In this document: one piece after another, positions 28,780-40,524 of the stretch
Layout: each line of letters begins with the position of its first letter
Numbering within the stretch: position 1 is the first letter of the stretch
DNA from: a bacterium
GTDB taxonomy: Bacteria; Auribacterota; UBA3054; JAPLST01
Assembly (NCBI GenBank): GCA_026417575.1
Contig: JAOACZ010000128.1
Span: forward strand, 5,127 to 69,126
Length of the DNA stretch: 64,000 nucleotides
Reading direction: 5' to 3'
Translations under genes and position numbers: made by a program
Notes under the pieces: generated by a model
Database searches by the model: none
Told to the model about the DNA's origin: nothing
The model's input: the letters and a program-made list of their open reading frames with translations, nothing else

Positions 28780-30157
28780 TCTCACTGCCACGCAGGGTGG
28801 TTGCGCGCCGCTGCAAGCAGAGCAGGAGCAGCGCGGCGAGCACCGTTGGCAGGAACCCCTCAGGGACCGTTTCATAGCAGCCCATATCGACATGCTGGCC
28901 TTGAATGCGAGGCTGGTGGTCTAAGTCCCAGGGGAGGGCGGCGGCGGTGTCATCGCCTGCTTCAAGGCAGGGCGAATGTGCCTGAAGATGAAAGTTACCG
29001 GCGAGGCTGTTGACGAAGAGGGGCGGATTAGTGATGTTGCCTAGGCCGGTGAGGGCGATTGGTGTGCAGGAGTAATGGGCTTTGAGACCGCTGGTATTTA
29101 CTTCGGGGGAGGAGTTTTCATAGACGATGCTGTTGGTCAGCCCGCCGCCACCGATCCCGCCAGGATTGCCGTGATTGCGGGCAATGGTACAGTTGACGAG
29201 GGAACAGGCGGAGGCGCCGCCGAAGCCTTGGGCGGCCTCGTTATAGGCGAGGAGGCAGTTGTACAGGCGGGCGGCCGCGGCGCCGCCGGCGAAGTTGCTG
29301 TTACTGCTGATATTAGCGATAAAGCGGCAACGCTGGTAGGTACCGCCGCTGGCGCCGCCATGACCAAGTAGGCTGACGTTGCTCGCGATGAGGGAATCGA
29401 AGGCGAACGTATTCAACGTGCCCGCGGCGGTGCTAGCGCGGTTCGCGGTGACGATGCAGTTACTTATGAAGCTGGCATCGGCGCCGCCCCCTGCCAGGGA
29501 TTCATTTTCGCTGATGAGGCAGTTTTGCGCGGTAACAGAGTAGCATCCGCCACCGCCACTGGCGGGGCTGTTTTGGCCGCGGGCGAAATTGCCGGTGAGG
29601 ATGCAGTCTGCGAGGTCACTGAAGGCCGCGCCGCCACCAAAACCGACTGAGCCGGTGTTGGCAGTATTTTTGATAATGCGGCAGTTGCGGACGGTGCCGT
29701 AGTAGACGCCTCCGCCGCGTGCGGCGCCGCGGTTGTGTGCAAGTACGCAGTGACGAATCAGCGGGTTGGTGCTGGCACATTCTATGCCCGCGCCGAACCC
29801 GCTGTAGAAGAAATTGCTGACCGTGAAGGCAACGAAGGTACCGTTGTTGCTGCCGAGGTACACGCCGCCGATATAGGTGAAGGGCCTGGGGGTGATGACC
29901 GTCCATGCAGCACCGAAAGCGCCGCTGACAGTGAGCTGGTTGGTAATAATGAGCCTGGCGGCAAGGCGATAGATGCCGCTGTAGACCAGGACGAGATCGT
30001 TTGGCATAGCGAGGTCTACCGCTGATTGAATGTTCGTGGCGGCGCCGGCCCAGCCATTCGTAAATGGTGGGATGTGGGCACCGTGTAAGGCGACGTAGCG
30101 AGTTGTTGCGGAGAGTGGCAGCACTGCGAGCAGGCAGAAGAAGACGTAGCGTTTCAT
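28772..30157 (-). CDS. Secreted right-handed beta-helix repeat protein with PEP-CTERM-like tail
   Basis: Signal peptide MKRYVFFCLLAVLPLSA. Repeats of the type GGGVYYGTVRNCRIIKNTA / GGGCYSVTAQNCLISENES / GGGADASFISNCIVTANRA. C-terminus VPEGFLPTVLAALLLLCLQRR plus 12 aa. Confidence 0.7.
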   Translation of the reverse strand: MKRYVFFCLLAVLPLSATTRYVALHGAHIPPFTNGWAGAATNIQSAVDLAMPNDLVLVYSGIYRLAARLIITNQLTVSGAFGAAWTVITPRPFTYIGGVYLGSNNGTFVAFTVSNFFYSGFGAGIECASTNPLIRHCVLAHNRGAARGGGVYYGTVRNCRIIKNTANTGSVGFGGGAAFSDLADCILTGNFARGQNSPASGGGGCYSVTAQNCLISENESLAGGGADASFISNCIVTANRASTAAGTLNTFAFDSLIASNVSLLGHGGASGGTYQRCRFIANISSNSNFAGGAAAARLYNCLLAYNEAAQGFGGASACSLVNCTIARNHGNPGGIGGGGLTNSIVYENSSPEVNTSGLKAHYSCTPIALTGLGNITNPPLFVNSLAGNFHLQAHSPCLEAGDDTAAALPWDLDHQPRIQGQHVDMGCYETVPEGFLPTVLAALLLLCLQRRATTLRGSEIT

Positions 30158-30412
30158 GAGCGCCCTCGATCTGAGGGAGAAGTAGACCGCGCTCTCGAAG
30201 CAGAGAGCGTGGAGAGATCACCTTGTTTATGAACAGGATAGCATGTTTCAGGCAGTGAGAACAACTATCGAGGCGCGTGTCTGCCTGTGGACTGAATTAC
30301 GAGAAGGGCCGAGCATGGCACCCGACAGGCTTCCCGCGGTAGGACGAGAACGCGCGCAGCACTGCGGTACTCAATTTTAAGGAGGCGCGTGACAGTGCGT
30401 GGAAGCTGAATA

Positions 30413-30421
30413 TGGTATAAT
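30413..30421 (+). promoter_or_regulatory. Extended -10 element (TGgTATAAT) upstream of the M20 peptidase gene
   Basis: tggtataat at 30413-30421, with no good -35. The first ATG (30434) lies 12 nt downstream. Confidence 0.4.
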
Positions 30422-30433
30422 CACAGTCCATGC

Positions 30434-31714
30434 ATGAAGCTTAGGATGACGTACAACGGCACTGATATGAAGTGGCAAGAAGCCTTAGCCGCGTGGTTTA
30501 CGCAGCATACGGAAGAGGGTGTCGCTCTCTTACGTGACTTAGTGCGCCAGGACACGGTGAATCCGCCTGGCAACGAATACCGCGCCGCGGAAGTGGTGAC
30601 GGGGTATCTGCAGCGCTACGGGATTCCCTCCACGTGCTACGAAGGTGCTCCGGGGCGAACCAACGTGCTCGCGCGCATTGGAGATGGTGCTCCTGTGGTG
30701 TTCGTGCCGGCGCACACGGATGTCGTGCCAGTGGGTGACGGTTGGACACACGATCCGTTCGATCCTGTCGTACGTGATGGTTTTATCTACGGGCGCGGGG
30801 TAGCAGACGACAAGGGGCCGCTGACCTCGCTGCTGATGCTGGCGGCATTTTTGAAGCAGTACGAGGGGGCGTTTCGCGGTACGTTGCTTGCAGGGGCAGT
30901 AGCAGATGAGGAGTGCGGGTCGACTTATGGACTTGGGTACCTTCTGGAGCAGAAGTTAGTCTCGGCCGATTATGCCATTGTGCCTGATACGGGCGCTTCG
31001 ATATATCGCGTTTCATGTGGCGAGAAGGGGTTGTTGCACGTAGAAGTGACGTTCACCGGCGCGCAGGCGCACGGCTCGACGCCGGAACAGGGATGCAATG
31101 CCGCCTGGGCGGCGTGGGAGTTTCTGGCGGCGCTGCGGGCAGAGTTCGGCGACCAGATCGGGTACTGCCCTGCGAGTGCGCATGCGTGGTTCACTCCAAC
31201 CAGCATCAATCTTGCCCAGGTGCAAGGCGGGGAGGTGTACAACATTGTTCCTGGTCAGTGTCGCGTGCGCTTGGATATTCGCTATGTTCCGGGCGAAACG
31301 CAGGAGGCTTGGTTGGCACGCCTGCGTGGCTACGCCCAGCAGGTGCGCGACCGCCAGCAGTGCCGTGGGTTCGACGTGCGTGTGGCGGCGCACATGCCTC
31401 CTTATGTTGTCGAAGCTGACAGCCCGCTCATCACCGCAGTGGACAAAGCCGTGCGGGCTTTCACTGGGCGCCGGATTGAGTGCGTAGGGATGAGTGGTAC
31501 GACCGTATGCAAGCAACTTATCCAGCACGGGATTCCTGCAATCGGGTGGTCGCAGGACTCCCAGCACCAGGCGCACATGGCCAATGAACGACTGGCTTTG
31601 TCAGAGTTGCGTACATTTGGCGTCGTCCTTGGCTTAGCATTTCTCGCTCTGGGTAACAATCTCGAGGCCATTCGCGATGGCTGCACGTCCGAATATTCTG
31701 GTGATTCTCACTGA
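30434..31714 (+). CDS. M20-family metallopeptidase (ArgE/DapE/ACY1 type)
   Basis: PAHTDVVPVGDGWTHDPF and GRGVADDKG motifs. The start is ambiguous (30434, 30446 or 30467). Confidence 0.8.
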   Translation: MKLRMTYNGTDMKWQEALAAWFTQHTEEGVALLRDLVRQDTVNPPGNEYRAAEVVTGYLQRYGIPSTCYEGAPGRTNVLARIGDGAPVVFVPAHTDVVPVGDGWTHDPFDPVVRDGFIYGRGVADDKGPLTSLLMLAAFLKQYEGAFRGTLLAGAVADEECGSTYGLGYLLEQKLVSADYAIVPDTGASIYRVSCGEKGLLHVEVTFTGAQAHGSTPEQGCNAAWAAWEFLAALRAEFGDQIGYCPASAHAWFTPTSINLAQVQGGEVYNIVPGQCRVRLDIRYVPGETQEAWLARLRGYAQQVRDRQQCRGFDVRVAAHMPPYVVEADSPLITAVDKAVRAFTGRRIECVGMSGTTVCKQLIQHGIPAIGWSQDSQHQAHMANERLALSELRTFGVVLGLAFLALGNNLEAIRDGCTSEYSGDSH

Positions 31715-33194
31715 CCAGCAGCGCTACGACTCGATCAGCGCGCTCGGCAATTCGATTATTCGTACACCGCACTATGACCGCGTTGTTCGCGAGGGTACGA
31801 CGTTCACTGAAGCGTACACGCCCTCTCCTGAATGTGTGCCTGCGCGGTGTTCCTTTACGATGGGGCAGTACCCCGCCCGCACCGGCTGTTACGCGAACGG
31901 GTATGACTGGCCTTTTGAGCAGAAAGAAACTCTGATGGCCGCTCTGGCGCGCACCGGTTATTACACGCATGGCGTCGGCAAGATGCATTTTGAGCCGGCA
32001 GCAACTGCGCATGAACTTCACGGCTTTCACGCGCGTGAACGCCAAGAGGAAATTGTCAAGCGCCCGGAGCATGATGACTATCTCCAGTATCTGTGGGCTC
32101 ACGGGTACACCCATATTACTGACCCGCATGGTGTGCGTGGGGAGATGTACTACATACCGCAGCCCGCGCAAATGCCGGCCGCGCTGCACCCAACGCAATG
32201 GGTGGGTGATCGTGCTGAGGCGTTTCTGCGTGCGCGTAAGCGCGGTGACGGTCCGTGGTTTCTGTTCGTCTCGTTCGTCCATCCGCATCCGCCGTTCTGC
32301 CCACCTGCGCCGTGGCACAAGCTCTATCGCGATTTGGACGTGCCGCTGCCGTTCATTCCACCGGACGCGCAACGCCTCTGGCTTTTCGTCAACCATGCGC
32401 AGAATCGCACCAAGCGGCGCGATCGTGGCATGGACTTGAATCTGCTGCGCGTGCAGCGCGCCTATTACTACGCTTGCGTTTCTTTTATTGATTACCAAAT
32501 TGGGCGGATGCTGGCAGCGCTGGAAGAAACAGGCGCTTTGGATGACACGATGATTGTGTGCACGACGGATCATGGTGAGCTGCTCGGGGACTACGGTTGT
32601 TATGGAAAGCGGAGTTATCATGATCCGGTGACACGGATTCCGTTGGTTATTCGTTATCCGCGCCTATTCGAGCCCGGCGCGCGCTGTCGCACGCCTGCTT
32701 CGTTGCTTGATGTGACTGCAACCATTCTCGAGCTAGCTGGCGCATCTTTCGCCACGCATAGTTGCGACGGCGTCTCGCTTTGCGCGCTTGCGGGTGGCGC
32801 GTATGCGGATCGCACGGTCTTCGCGCAGCTCAACCAAGCTGGTGATGGGATCTATATGGCTGTGAATCGTGAGTGGAAATATGTGTACAGCGCACCTGAC
32901 CAGCGCGAACTTCTTTTTGACCGCGTGCGCGACCCCTACGACACGATTGACTGCGCGGGGCAATGGCAACGCAGCCTGCCATGGAAAAAGGCGCAGGAAG
33001 AGCTACGTGCGTCGCTGCTTGCCTTTCTTCGTGAGGCAGGTGAAACGGATGCACTCGATGGTGACCACTGGCGTGTGTACCCGAAGAAAACAATGCCCGA
33101 CAACCCTGACGCAGGTCTACTTTACCAGGATCATCCCTGGGCGGAGCAGTTCATCCCCGGCTATTCGCGTCACGAACGTCCATTTGCGTCATAA
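31677..33194 (+). CDS. Sulfatase (formylglycine-dependent, arylsulfatase A family)
   Basis: NILVILTDQQR and SPECVPARCSFTMGQ (the C-x-P-x-R motif). No obvious signal peptide. 38-nt overlap with the upstream gene. Confidence 0.85.
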   Translation: MAARPNILVILTDQQRYDSISALGNSIIRTPHYDRVVREGTTFTEAYTPSPECVPARCSFTMGQYPARTGCYANGYDWPFEQKETLMAALARTGYYTHGVGKMHFEPAATAHELHGFHARERQEEIVKRPEHDDYLQYLWAHGYTHITDPHGVRGEMYYIPQPAQMPAALHPTQWVGDRAEAFLRARKRGDGPWFLFVSFVHPHPPFCPPAPWHKLYRDLDVPLPFIPPDAQRLWLFVNHAQNRTKRRDRGMDLNLLRVQRAYYYACVSFIDYQIGRMLAALEETGALDDTMIVCTTDHGELLGDYGCYGKRSYHDPVTRIPLVIRYPRLFEPGARCRTPASLLDVTATILELAGASFATHSCDGVSLCALAGGAYADRTVFAQLNQAGDGIYMAVNREWKYVYSAPDQRELLFDRVRDPYDTIDCAGQWQRSLPWKKAQEELRASLLAFLREAGETDALDGDHWRVYPKKTMPDNPDAGLLYQDHPWAEQFIPGYSRHERPFAS

Positions 33195-33217
33195 CACGCC
33201 TACCACACTTACGCATT

Positions 33218-34051
33218 ATGCCACGCATTCATCCATTAGCCGTCGTTGATCCGCACGCGGAAGTGGCCGATGATGTGGAGATCGGGCCGTTCTGTATCAT
33301 TGGGCCGCATGTGAAAATTGGCCCGCAAACGCGCCTGATTGGCCAGTGCTACATTACAGGGCATACCACCATCGGAGCGCGCAACGTAATTTACCCGAAC
33401 GTGTGCATTGGGGCTGAGCCGCAAGATTTCGCTTTTGATCCTGCAACAATTTCGTATGTGCACATTGGAGACGAGAACGTCTTCCGTGAGGGGGTGACGA
33501 TTCATGCTGGCACGAAGCCTGAATCTGCGACAATTATCGGCAATCGTAATTTTCTGATGGTGAATTCGCACATTGGACATAACTGCCGGATCGGGAATGA
33601 GGTGATCATGGCCAATTGCGCGCTGATGGCGGGGTACGTGGAGGTGCAAGACGGATGCTTCATCTCAGGCCTGACAGCAGCGCGGCAGTTTTGTCGAATT
33701 GGGCGTTTAGCGATGATGTGGGGCCTCTCAGCTATTTCTAAGGATCTGCCGCCGTTTATGATAGTGAACGGGCGGAACGGGGATGTAGCAGGTGTAAACG
33801 TCGTGGCGTTACGGCGGCGCAAGTATCCGCCAGCGACCATCAACGCGCTGCGGAAGGTGCATACGATTTTTTTCCGCAGGGGGCGGAGCGTGAGCACAGC
33901 TTTGGAAATGATTCGCAAGGAAGTGCCACAGTTACCCGAAGTAGAGGAATTTATTCGGTTTGTCGAGAGCAGTGAGCGCGGGGTGTTGTTGGGGCGCGAT
34001 GCGCGGGCCAAACGCCTGGCGGGGGAGCGCGATACGACAGACGAGGGGTAA
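33218..34051 (+). CDS. lpxA: Acyl-ACP--UDP-N-acetylglucosamine O-acyltransferase
   Basis: IHPLAVVDPHAEVADDVEIGPFCIIGPHVKIG hexapeptide repeats, HIGHNCRIGN, and a C-terminal helical domain. Confidence 0.85.
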   Translation: MPRIHPLAVVDPHAEVADDVEIGPFCIIGPHVKIGPQTRLIGQCYITGHTTIGARNVIYPNVCIGAEPQDFAFDPATISYVHIGDENVFREGVTIHAGTKPESATIIGNRNFLMVNSHIGHNCRIGNEVIMANCALMAGYVEVQDGCFISGLTAARQFCRIGRLAMMWGLSAISKDLPPFMIVNGRNGDVAGVNVVALRRRKYPPATINALRKVHTIFFRRGRSVSTALEMIRKEVPQLPEVEEFIRFVESSERGVLLGRDARAKRLAGERDTTDEG

Positions 34052-34374
34052 AAGCGTGGGGCGGTGTTTTTGTTGCCAGCGCGACGTGGCTTAGCGGCGG
34101 GGGCAAGGCAGTCAGAGAGCAGACACGCTAGTCTGCGTGGGGGAGGAGTGTATGAGCTTGGCCATTTACCTCGTTACCTGGGTGGGTGGAAGCGTGAGGA
34201 GAACATGATCGTGCGTGCTATCCTCCAGGGATTGCGCGTGTGGCGAGGCTGAGACAAGCTGCGTGCTAGGCGAGGGTGAGAATGCGTATTGTTACGCGGT
34301 TCGGCGAGGGCGGGCGTATCACAGGCAGAAGGAAGCGTTGCTTTCCGTGCTGTGGGATGCGCGTGGGTGGGAGA

Positions 34375-34403
34375 TTGAAATTTGGCCGAAAATGCGGTAA
34401 AAT
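34375..34403 (+). promoter_or_regulatory. sigma70-type promoter of gltBD
   Basis: TTGAAA (34375-34380), 17-nt spacer, TAAAAT (34398-34403). Confidence 0.55.
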
Positions 34404-34497
34404 TTTTTTAAGCAGGAAAGGTAGGTGATGACGACAACAAGAAGGACACGTGTTGAACGATGGAACGAGTGAGCCGTACCAGCGAGAGGCGGCGGCC

Positions 34498-37400
34498 ATG
34501 CCGGCGCCGTATGGGCTGTACGATACGGCATACGATCATGATAGTTGCGGAGTTGGGTTTGTTGCCGATCTGAGCGGGGAGCCGCAGCACGAGCTAATTG
34601 AAGCGGCACTGCAAGTATTGGTGAATTTGGAGCATCGCGGAGCGATCGGGGGCGATGCTGCGACGGGTGACGGGGCGGGGATTTTATTGCAGATGCCGGA
34701 CGCGTTTTTGCGCGGGGAGTGTGCGGGGATAGGGATACGGCTGCCGGAGCGTGGGCGTTACGGGGCGGGGTTAGTGTTTTTGCCGCGGGAGGCGGGGCGG
34801 GCGGAGGTATGTCGCAAGATTTTCGAGCAGGTAGTTGAGGAAGAGGGGTGTGAGGTGTTAGGGTGGCGGGTGGTGCCGATGGAGGCGGGCGGGCTGGGGG
34901 TGTTGTCGCGGGCGACGCAGCCGACGATGGAGCAGTTGTTTGTGGGGTGTGGGAGGCGGACGGTGGAGGAATTTGCGCGTCGGCTGTACATCATTCGGCG
35001 GCGGGTAGAGAACGCGGTGGCGGCGCGGCGGGATGGCGATTACAGTCAGTTTTATGTACCGAGCTTATCGCCGCACACAATTGTGTACAAGGGGATGCTC
35101 ACGGGGACGCAGTTGCAGCAATTTTTCCCTGAATTTCATGATGCGCGGTTTGCGGCGGCGTTTGCGGTGGTACATCAGCGCTTTAGCACGAACACGTTGC
35201 CGACGTGGAGTTTGGCCCAGCCATTCCGCTATGTAGCCCACAACGGTGAGATCAACACGCTGCGCGGAAATGTGAACCGGATGCACGCGCTGGAGGCACA
35301 GTTTGCTTCACCATTGTTTGGGGAAGACATAGAAAAGATCAAGCCGGTGATTGTAGAAGGGGGGAGCGATTCGGCGATGTTTGACAATGCGCTGGAATTA
35401 CTGATCATGGCGGGGCGCTCGCTGCCTCATGCGGCGATGATGATGGTACCGGAGGCGTGGGGCCCGAAGTACACGATGAGTGAGGACAAGCGCGCGTTTT
35501 ACGAGTACCACGCGGCGATTATGGAGCCATGGGACGGGCCGGCGGCGATGGTGATTACTGATGGACGCTACATTGGCGCGTTGTTGGACCGGAATGGGTT
35601 GCGGCCAGCGCGGTACACGATAACGCGGGACGGGCTGATTGTGATGGCCTCGGAGACTGGGGTAATCGAGATGGAGGGGGCGCGGATTCAGAAGCGCGGG
35701 CGGTTGCAGCCGGGGAAGATGTTCTTGGTGGACATGGTGCAGCGGCGGGTAGTTTCGGACAGCGAGATTAAGGGACAGATATCGCGGCAGAAGCCGTACC
35801 GGCGCTGGGTACGCGATAATGTGATCCACTTGCGGGGATTGTTTGCGCCGTCGGAGTTACCGGTGCCGTCACCGGCGGAGCTGTTGCAGTGGCAGCATGC
35901 GTTTGGATATACGGAAGAAGAGCTGAAAATGATTTTAGCGCCGATGGCGTCGCAGGGGCAAGAGCCAGTGGGATCGATGGGCAATGATGCAGCGTTGGCG
36001 GTGTTGTCGAATAAGCCACGGCTGCTTTTTGACTACTTCAAGCAATTGTTTGCGCAGGTAACGAACCCGCCGATTGATCCTTTGCGGGAGGAGTTGGTGA
36101 TGTCGTTGATGAGCTTTATCGGGCGGGTGGGGAACATTTTGGAGGAGAAGCCGGAGCATTGTCGGCAGCTAAAGTTGCCCCATCCGATTTTGATGCCGGC
36201 GGATGTGGATCGGTTGCGGGGAAGCAAGCATCCGGGGTTGGTGGTGCGGGAGTTGGAGATGCTTTTTCCGGCGGGGGGTGGGGGCGAGGAGCTGGCGGCG
36301 GCACTGAATGCGCTGTTTAAGGAGGCGGAAGAATGTGTGCGCGCGGGGGCGACGATTTTGATTTTGAGTGACCGTAACGTGTCTGCGAAGCGCGCGCCAA
36401 TACCAGCGTTGCTGGCGGTATCGGGATTGCATCACTATTTGATCCGCAAGGGGCTGCGGACGTTGTGTGGGCTGGTAGTGGAGACAGGAGAGGCGCGGGA
36501 AGTAAATCATTTTTGTTTGCTGATTAGCTACGGGGCGAGTGCGATCTGCCCCTATGTGGCGTTAGCGACGGTGCGGTCGTTGGCGGAGCAGGGGTTGTTG
36601 GAGCACCCGATGACAGCGGACGAGGCAGTGGATGCATATGTGACGGCGGTGAAAAAGGGGATTTTGAAGACGCTAAGCCGGATGGGTATTTCGACGGTGC
36701 GCAGCTATCGCGGGGCGCAGATTTTCGAAGCGATTGGGCTTGCGAAGGAAGTGACGGAGATGTATTTTGCGCGGACGGCGTCGCGGATTGGGGGTGTTGG
36801 GTTAGATGTGATTGCGCGGGAAGCAAACATGCGCCATGCGGGCGCCTTTCCGAAGGTGGGGGCGCCGTCGGTGTTGCTGCCGGTGGGGGGTGAGTATCAC
36901 GAGCGGGTGGAGGGCGAGCGGCACTTGTTTACGCCGGAGGCGATTTACTTATTACAACTGGCGACACGGACGAACGACTACAGCGTCTATCAGCGGTATG
37001 CGCGGTGTATTGATGATCAGTCGGAGGCCCGTGTGACGCTGCGGAGTTTGCTACGGTTCAGGCCGGGGACGCCCGTGCCGGTGGAGGAAGTGGAGCCGGT
37101 GGAGGCGATTACGCGGCGGTTCGTGACTGCGGCGATGTCCTACGGTTCGATTAGCAAGGAGGCGCATGAAGCGATTGCGATTGCGTTGAATCGGATTGGG
37201 GGGCGAAGCAACTCGGGCGAAGGGGGCGAAGATCCGGAGCGGTATATTCCGCTACCAAATGGGGATTTGCGCGTATCGCGGATCAAGCAGGTGGCGTCGG
37301 CGCGGTTTGGTGTGACGATTGAGTACTTGATTAACGCGGATGAGTTGCAGATAAAGATTGCGCAAGGAGCGAAGCCAGGGGAGGGGGGACAATTGCCGGG

Positions 37401-39039
37401 TCACAAGGTGAGTGAAGACATAGCGCGGGTGCGGCACACGACGCCGGGGGTGACCTTGATTTCTCCGCCGCCGCATCATGACATTTATTCAATTGAGGAC
37501 CTTGCGCAGCTTATTTACGATTTAAAGATGGCCAATCCGCGGGCGAAGGTGTCGGTGAAGCTAGTGTCCGAAGTAGGTGTCGGCACGATTGCTGCGGGTG
37601 TGGCGAAAGCGAAAGCGGATTTGGTGTTGATTGCTGGCTACGATGGAGGGACGGGAGCATCGCCGCTGACGTCGATTAAGCATTGCGGGCTACCGTGGGA
37701 GCTCGGGTTAGTGGAGACGCAGCATGCATTGATTGCGAATCATTTGCGCGATCGGATAGTGGTGCAAGCAGATGGGCAGATGCGGACGGGGCGGGACGTT
37801 GTGATTGCGGCATTGCTGGGCGCGGAGGAATACGGTTTTGGGACGGTGATTTTGGTGACGCTGGGGTGTATATTGATGCGGAAATGCCATTTGAACACGT
37901 GTCCGGTGGGGGTGGCGACGCAGGATCCAGTGTTACGGTCGCGTTTTACGGGGAGTCCGGACTATGTGGAGCGCTACCTGCGCTTTGTGGCGCGGGACGT
38001 GCGCGAGCACATGGCGCGGTTAGGGTTCCGCACAATGGATGAGATGATTGGGCGGGTAGAGATGCTTGATTTCGAGCCGGCGGTGGAGCACTGGAAAGCG
38101 AGGGGGGTGGATTTGCGGCCATTACTGGCGCCGCCGCCAGGGAATGGCATGGTACGGCGGTGTGTGCGCGGGCAGGAACACGAGGTCAACAAGTCGCTGG
38201 ATGTAGAGTTAATTCAGCTGGCCGCGCCGGCGTTTGAGGATCCGCCACGGGCGGTAGCGCAGAGTTTACGGATTCGGAATGTGCATCGGACGGTGGGGGC
38301 GATGTTAAGTGGTGAAGTAACGCGGCGTTGGGGGGCGCGTGGGTTGCCACGCGATACGATACGGTTTACGTTTACTGGGTCGGCGGGGCAAAGTTTTGGT
38401 GCGTTTCTTGCGCCGGGGATCACGTTGCGATTGGAAGGGGACGCGAATGACTATGTGGGCAAGGGTCTTTCTGGCGGGACGATCATCGTGGTACCGCCGC
38501 GAGATGCGCACTTTGTGGCGCATGAGAACATCATAGTGGGTAACGTGGTGTTGTACGGGGCGACATCGGGAGAGTTGTACGTGTGTGGGATGGCAGGGGA
38601 GCGTTTTGCGGTACGGAACAGTGGGGCCATTGCGGTAGTTGAGGGTGTGGGTGATCACGGTTGTGAATACATGACGGGAGGGCGGGTGGTGGTATTGGGG
38701 CAGACCGGTGTTAATTTTGCGGCGGGGATGAGTGGAGGAATAGCGTACGTGTATGATGAAAACGAGCTGTTTGGCACGCGCTGCAATTTAGATATGGTTG
38801 ATTTAGAAACTGTGTGGACGGAAGCGGACCAGCGCGAATTGCATGCGCTGATTACGCAGCATTTAATGTACACGGGGAGTGCACGTGCGCAGTACATACT
38901 GGACAATTGGGAGACGTGTTACCCCTTATTTGTGAAGGTGATGCCGATGGACTACAAGCGCGTGCTGGAACGAATGCGGGTGCAGGAGCATACAGATAAC
39001 GAAGCGGTGCCGGCGACGGAGGAGGTTTTCCGTGGGTAA
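34498..39039 (+). CDS. gltB: Glutamate synthase large subunit
   Basis: About 1510 aa. [22 protein letters not shown] gives the amidotransferase Cys after a short propeptide, followed by FMN and GXGXG domains. An alternative GTG start lies at 34450. Confidence 0.9.
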   Translation: MPAPYGLYDTAYDHDSCGVGFVADLSGEPQHELIEAALQVLVNLEHRGAIGGDAATGDGAGILLQMPDAFLRGECAGIGIRLPERGRYGAGLVFLPREAGRAEVCRKIFEQVVEEEGCEVLGWRVVPMEAGGLGVLSRATQPTMEQLFVGCGRRTVEEFARRLYIIRRRVENAVAARRDGDYSQFYVPSLSPHTIVYKGMLTGTQLQQFFPEFHDARFAAAFAVVHQRFSTNTLPTWSLAQPFRYVAHNGEINTLRGNVNRMHALEAQFASPLFGEDIEKIKPVIVEGGSDSAMFDNALELLIMAGRSLPHAAMMMVPEAWGPKYTMSEDKRAFYEYHAAIMEPWDGPAAMVITDGRYIGALLDRNGLRPARYTITRDGLIVMASETGVIEMEGARIQKRGRLQPGKMFLVDMVQRRVVSDSEIKGQISRQKPYRRWVRDNVIHLRGLFAPSELPVPSPAELLQWQHAFGYTEEELKMILAPMASQGQEPVGSMGNDAALAVLSNKPRLLFDYFKQLFAQVTNPPIDPLREELVMSLMSFIGRVGNILEEKPEHCRQLKLPHPILMPADVDRLRGSKHPGLVVRELEMLFPAGGGGEELAAALNALFKEAEECVRAGATILILSDRNVSAKRAPIPALLAVSGLHHYLIRKGLRTLCGLVVETGEAREVNHFCLLISYGASAICPYVALATVRSLAEQGLLEHPMTADEAVDAYVTAVKKGILKTLSRMGISTVRSYRGAQIFEAIGLAKEVTEMYFARTASRIGGVGLDVIAREANMRHAGAFPKVGAPSVLLPVGGEYHERVEGERHLFTPEAIYLLQLATRTNDYSVYQRYARCIDDQSEARVTLRSLLRFRPGTPVPVEEVEPVEAITRRFVTAAMSYGSISKEAHEAIAIALNRIGGRSNSGEGGEDPERYIPLPNGDLRVSRIKQVASARFGVTIEYLINADELQIKIAQGAKPGEGGQLPGHKVSEDIARVRHTTPGVTLISPPPHHDIYSIEDLAQLIYDLKMANPRAKVSVKLVSEVGVGTIAAGVAKAKADLVLIAGYDGGTGASPLTSIKHCGLPWELGLVETQHALIANHLRDRIVVQADGQMRTGRDVVIAALLGAEEYGFGTVILVTLGCILMRKCHLNTCPVGVATQDPVLRSRFTGSPDYVERYLRFVARDVREHMARLGFRTMDEMIGRVEMLDFEPAVEHWKARGVDLRPLLAPPPGNGMVRRCVRGQEHEVNKSLDVELIQLAAPAFEDPPRAVAQSLRIRNVHRTVGAMLSGEVTRRWGARGLPRDTIRFTFTGSAGQSFGAFLAPGITLRLEGDANDYVGKGLSGGTIIVVPPRDAHFVAHENIIVGNVVLYGATSGELYVCGMAGERFAVRNSGAIAVVEGVGDHGCEYMTGGRVVVLGQTGVNFAAGMSGGIAYVYDENELFGTRCNLDMVDLETVWTEADQRELHALITQHLMYTGSARAQYILDNWETCYPLFVKVMPMDYKRVLERMRVQEHTDNEAVPATEEVFRG

Positions 39040-40462
39040 GCCAACAGGGTTCATGGAATATACGCGTGTTGATCCGCCGAAGGAGCCGGTAGCGGAGCGC
39101 CTGCAGCATTATCACGAGTTTGAGAAGCTGCTTCCAGAGGCGGAACTGCGGCGGCAGGCGGCACGTTGCATGGATTGCGGGATACCGTTCTGTCACATGT
39201 ATGGCTGTCCGGTGATCAATTTGATTCCGGATTGGAACGACATGGTGTATCGGGGGCAGTGGCGGAAGGCGTTAGAGTTGTTGCATGCGACGAATAATTT
39301 GCCGGAGATCACGGGGCGGGTGTGTCCGGCGCCATGCGAGCCGGCGTGCACGCTGTCAATTAATCAGCCGGCGGTGACAATCAAGCATATTGAGTTAGAG
39401 ATAATTGAGCGAGGGTTTCGGGAGGGGTGGGTGGTGCCGCAGAAGGCGCCGGTGCGCACACACAAGCGAGTAGCGGTGATAGGATCGGGGCCGGCGGGGC
39501 TGGCAGCGGCGCAGCAATTGGCGCGGCGGGGGCACACAGTAGTGTTGTTTGAGCGTGACGACCGTGTGGGCGGCCTGTTGCGCTACGGGATTCCGGATTT
39601 TAAGTTAGAGAAATGGGTGTTGGACCGGCGGATGGAGCAACTGGCGGCGGAGGGGGTGGTGTTTGAGCCGAATGTGAACGCGGGCGTAGATATTACGCCA
39701 GCGGAGTTACGGCGGCGATTTGATGCGGTGTTGTTAGCAACGGGGGCGGGGGTGCCGCGCGATTTGCGGGTACCGGGGCGGGAGTTGGCTGGGGTGCATT
39801 TTGCGATGGAGTTTTTGACGCAGAACAACCGACGGATTGCGGGCGACACGATTGATCCTGTGCGGATGATTACAGCGAAAGGGAAGCACGTGGTAGTGAT
39901 TGGTGGGGGAGACACTGGGTCAGATTGCATAGGTACGTCGTTGCGGCAGGGGGCGGTCAAGGTGACGCAGTTGGAGCTCTTGCCGAAGCCGCCGGAGCAG
40001 CGAAGTGAGCGGAATCCGTGGCCGGAGTGGCCTTGGGTGCTGCGGACGTCGACGTCGCACGAGGAGGGCTGCGAGCGGATGTGGAGCGTGGATACGAAGG
40101 AGTTGCTGGGGGATGGGACGCGCGTGACGGGGCTACGCGCAGTGCGGTTGGAATGGAGCGATCCAGATGCGCAGGGGCGGCGTACGTACAGAGAAATAGC
40201 AGGATCAGAGTTTGTGTTGAAGGCGGATTTAGTATTGTTGGCGATGGGGTTTGTGCATGTGGAGCACGGACCTCTGGTACGGGAGTGGGAGCTGGCTTTA
40301 GATTCGCGTGGGAATATAGCGGTCGATCGGTCGTACATGACGTCGTTGGCGGGGGTCTTTGCTGCGGGCGACAGCATGATGGGGGCATCGCTGGTGGTAC
40401 GCGCAATCAATCACGGGCGCCGCGCGGCTGCGGCGATTGACGCGTACTTGCAGCAAATCTAG
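39032..40462 (+). CDS. gltD: Glutamate synthase small subunit (NADPH)
   Basis: 476 aa with a GTG start overlapping the gltB stop by 8 nt, SD GGAGGAGG upstream. Contains [15 protein letters not shown] and [14 protein letters not shown]. Confidence 0.9.
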   Translation: MGKPTGFMEYTRVDPPKEPVAERLQHYHEFEKLLPEAELRRQAARCMDCGIPFCHMYGCPVINLIPDWNDMVYRGQWRKALELLHATNNLPEITGRVCPAPCEPACTLSINQPAVTIKHIELEIIERGFREGWVVPQKAPVRTHKRVAVIGSGPAGLAAAQQLARRGHTVVLFERDDRVGGLLRYGIPDFKLEKWVLDRRMEQLAAEGVVFEPNVNAGVDITPAELRRRFDAVLLATGAGVPRDLRVPGRELAGVHFAMEFLTQNNRRIAGDTIDPVRMITAKGKHVVVIGGGDTGSDCIGTSLRQGAVKVTQLELLPKPPEQRSERNPWPEWPWVLRTSTSHEEGCERMWSVDTKELLGDGTRVTGLRAVRLEWSDPDAQGRRTYREIAGSEFVLKADLVLLAMGFVHVEHGPLVREWELALDSRGNIAVDRSYMTSLAGVFAAGDSMMGASLVVRAINHGRRAAAAIDAYLQQI

Positions 40463-40524
40463 CCTGGGCACTTCAGCGTAGTTGGCCTAGTCGTGGAAAG
40501 CAGTAGCAGCGCGGAACGGGGGAA

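Noticed and set aside
31518-32621. Long antisense ORFs opposite real genes: 31518-32621, 22600-23439, 12363-13241, 39583-40410, 24341-24850 and similar.
   Set aside because: Each lies opposite a gene with strong family motifs (sulfatase, pcrA, isomerase, gltD, DUF362). Their translations are Arg/His/Pro-rich low-complexity sequence, the usual stop-codon-poor antisense artefact of GC-rich DNA.
34404-34497. The gltB leader contains GGAAAGGUAGG...GAAGGACACG...GAACG, reminiscent of the glutamine (glnA RNA) riboswitch.
   Set aside because: The required 5' CGUUC strand of P1 is absent downstream of the predicted TSS, and the match is only to short purine-rich words. This would need cmscan to revisit.
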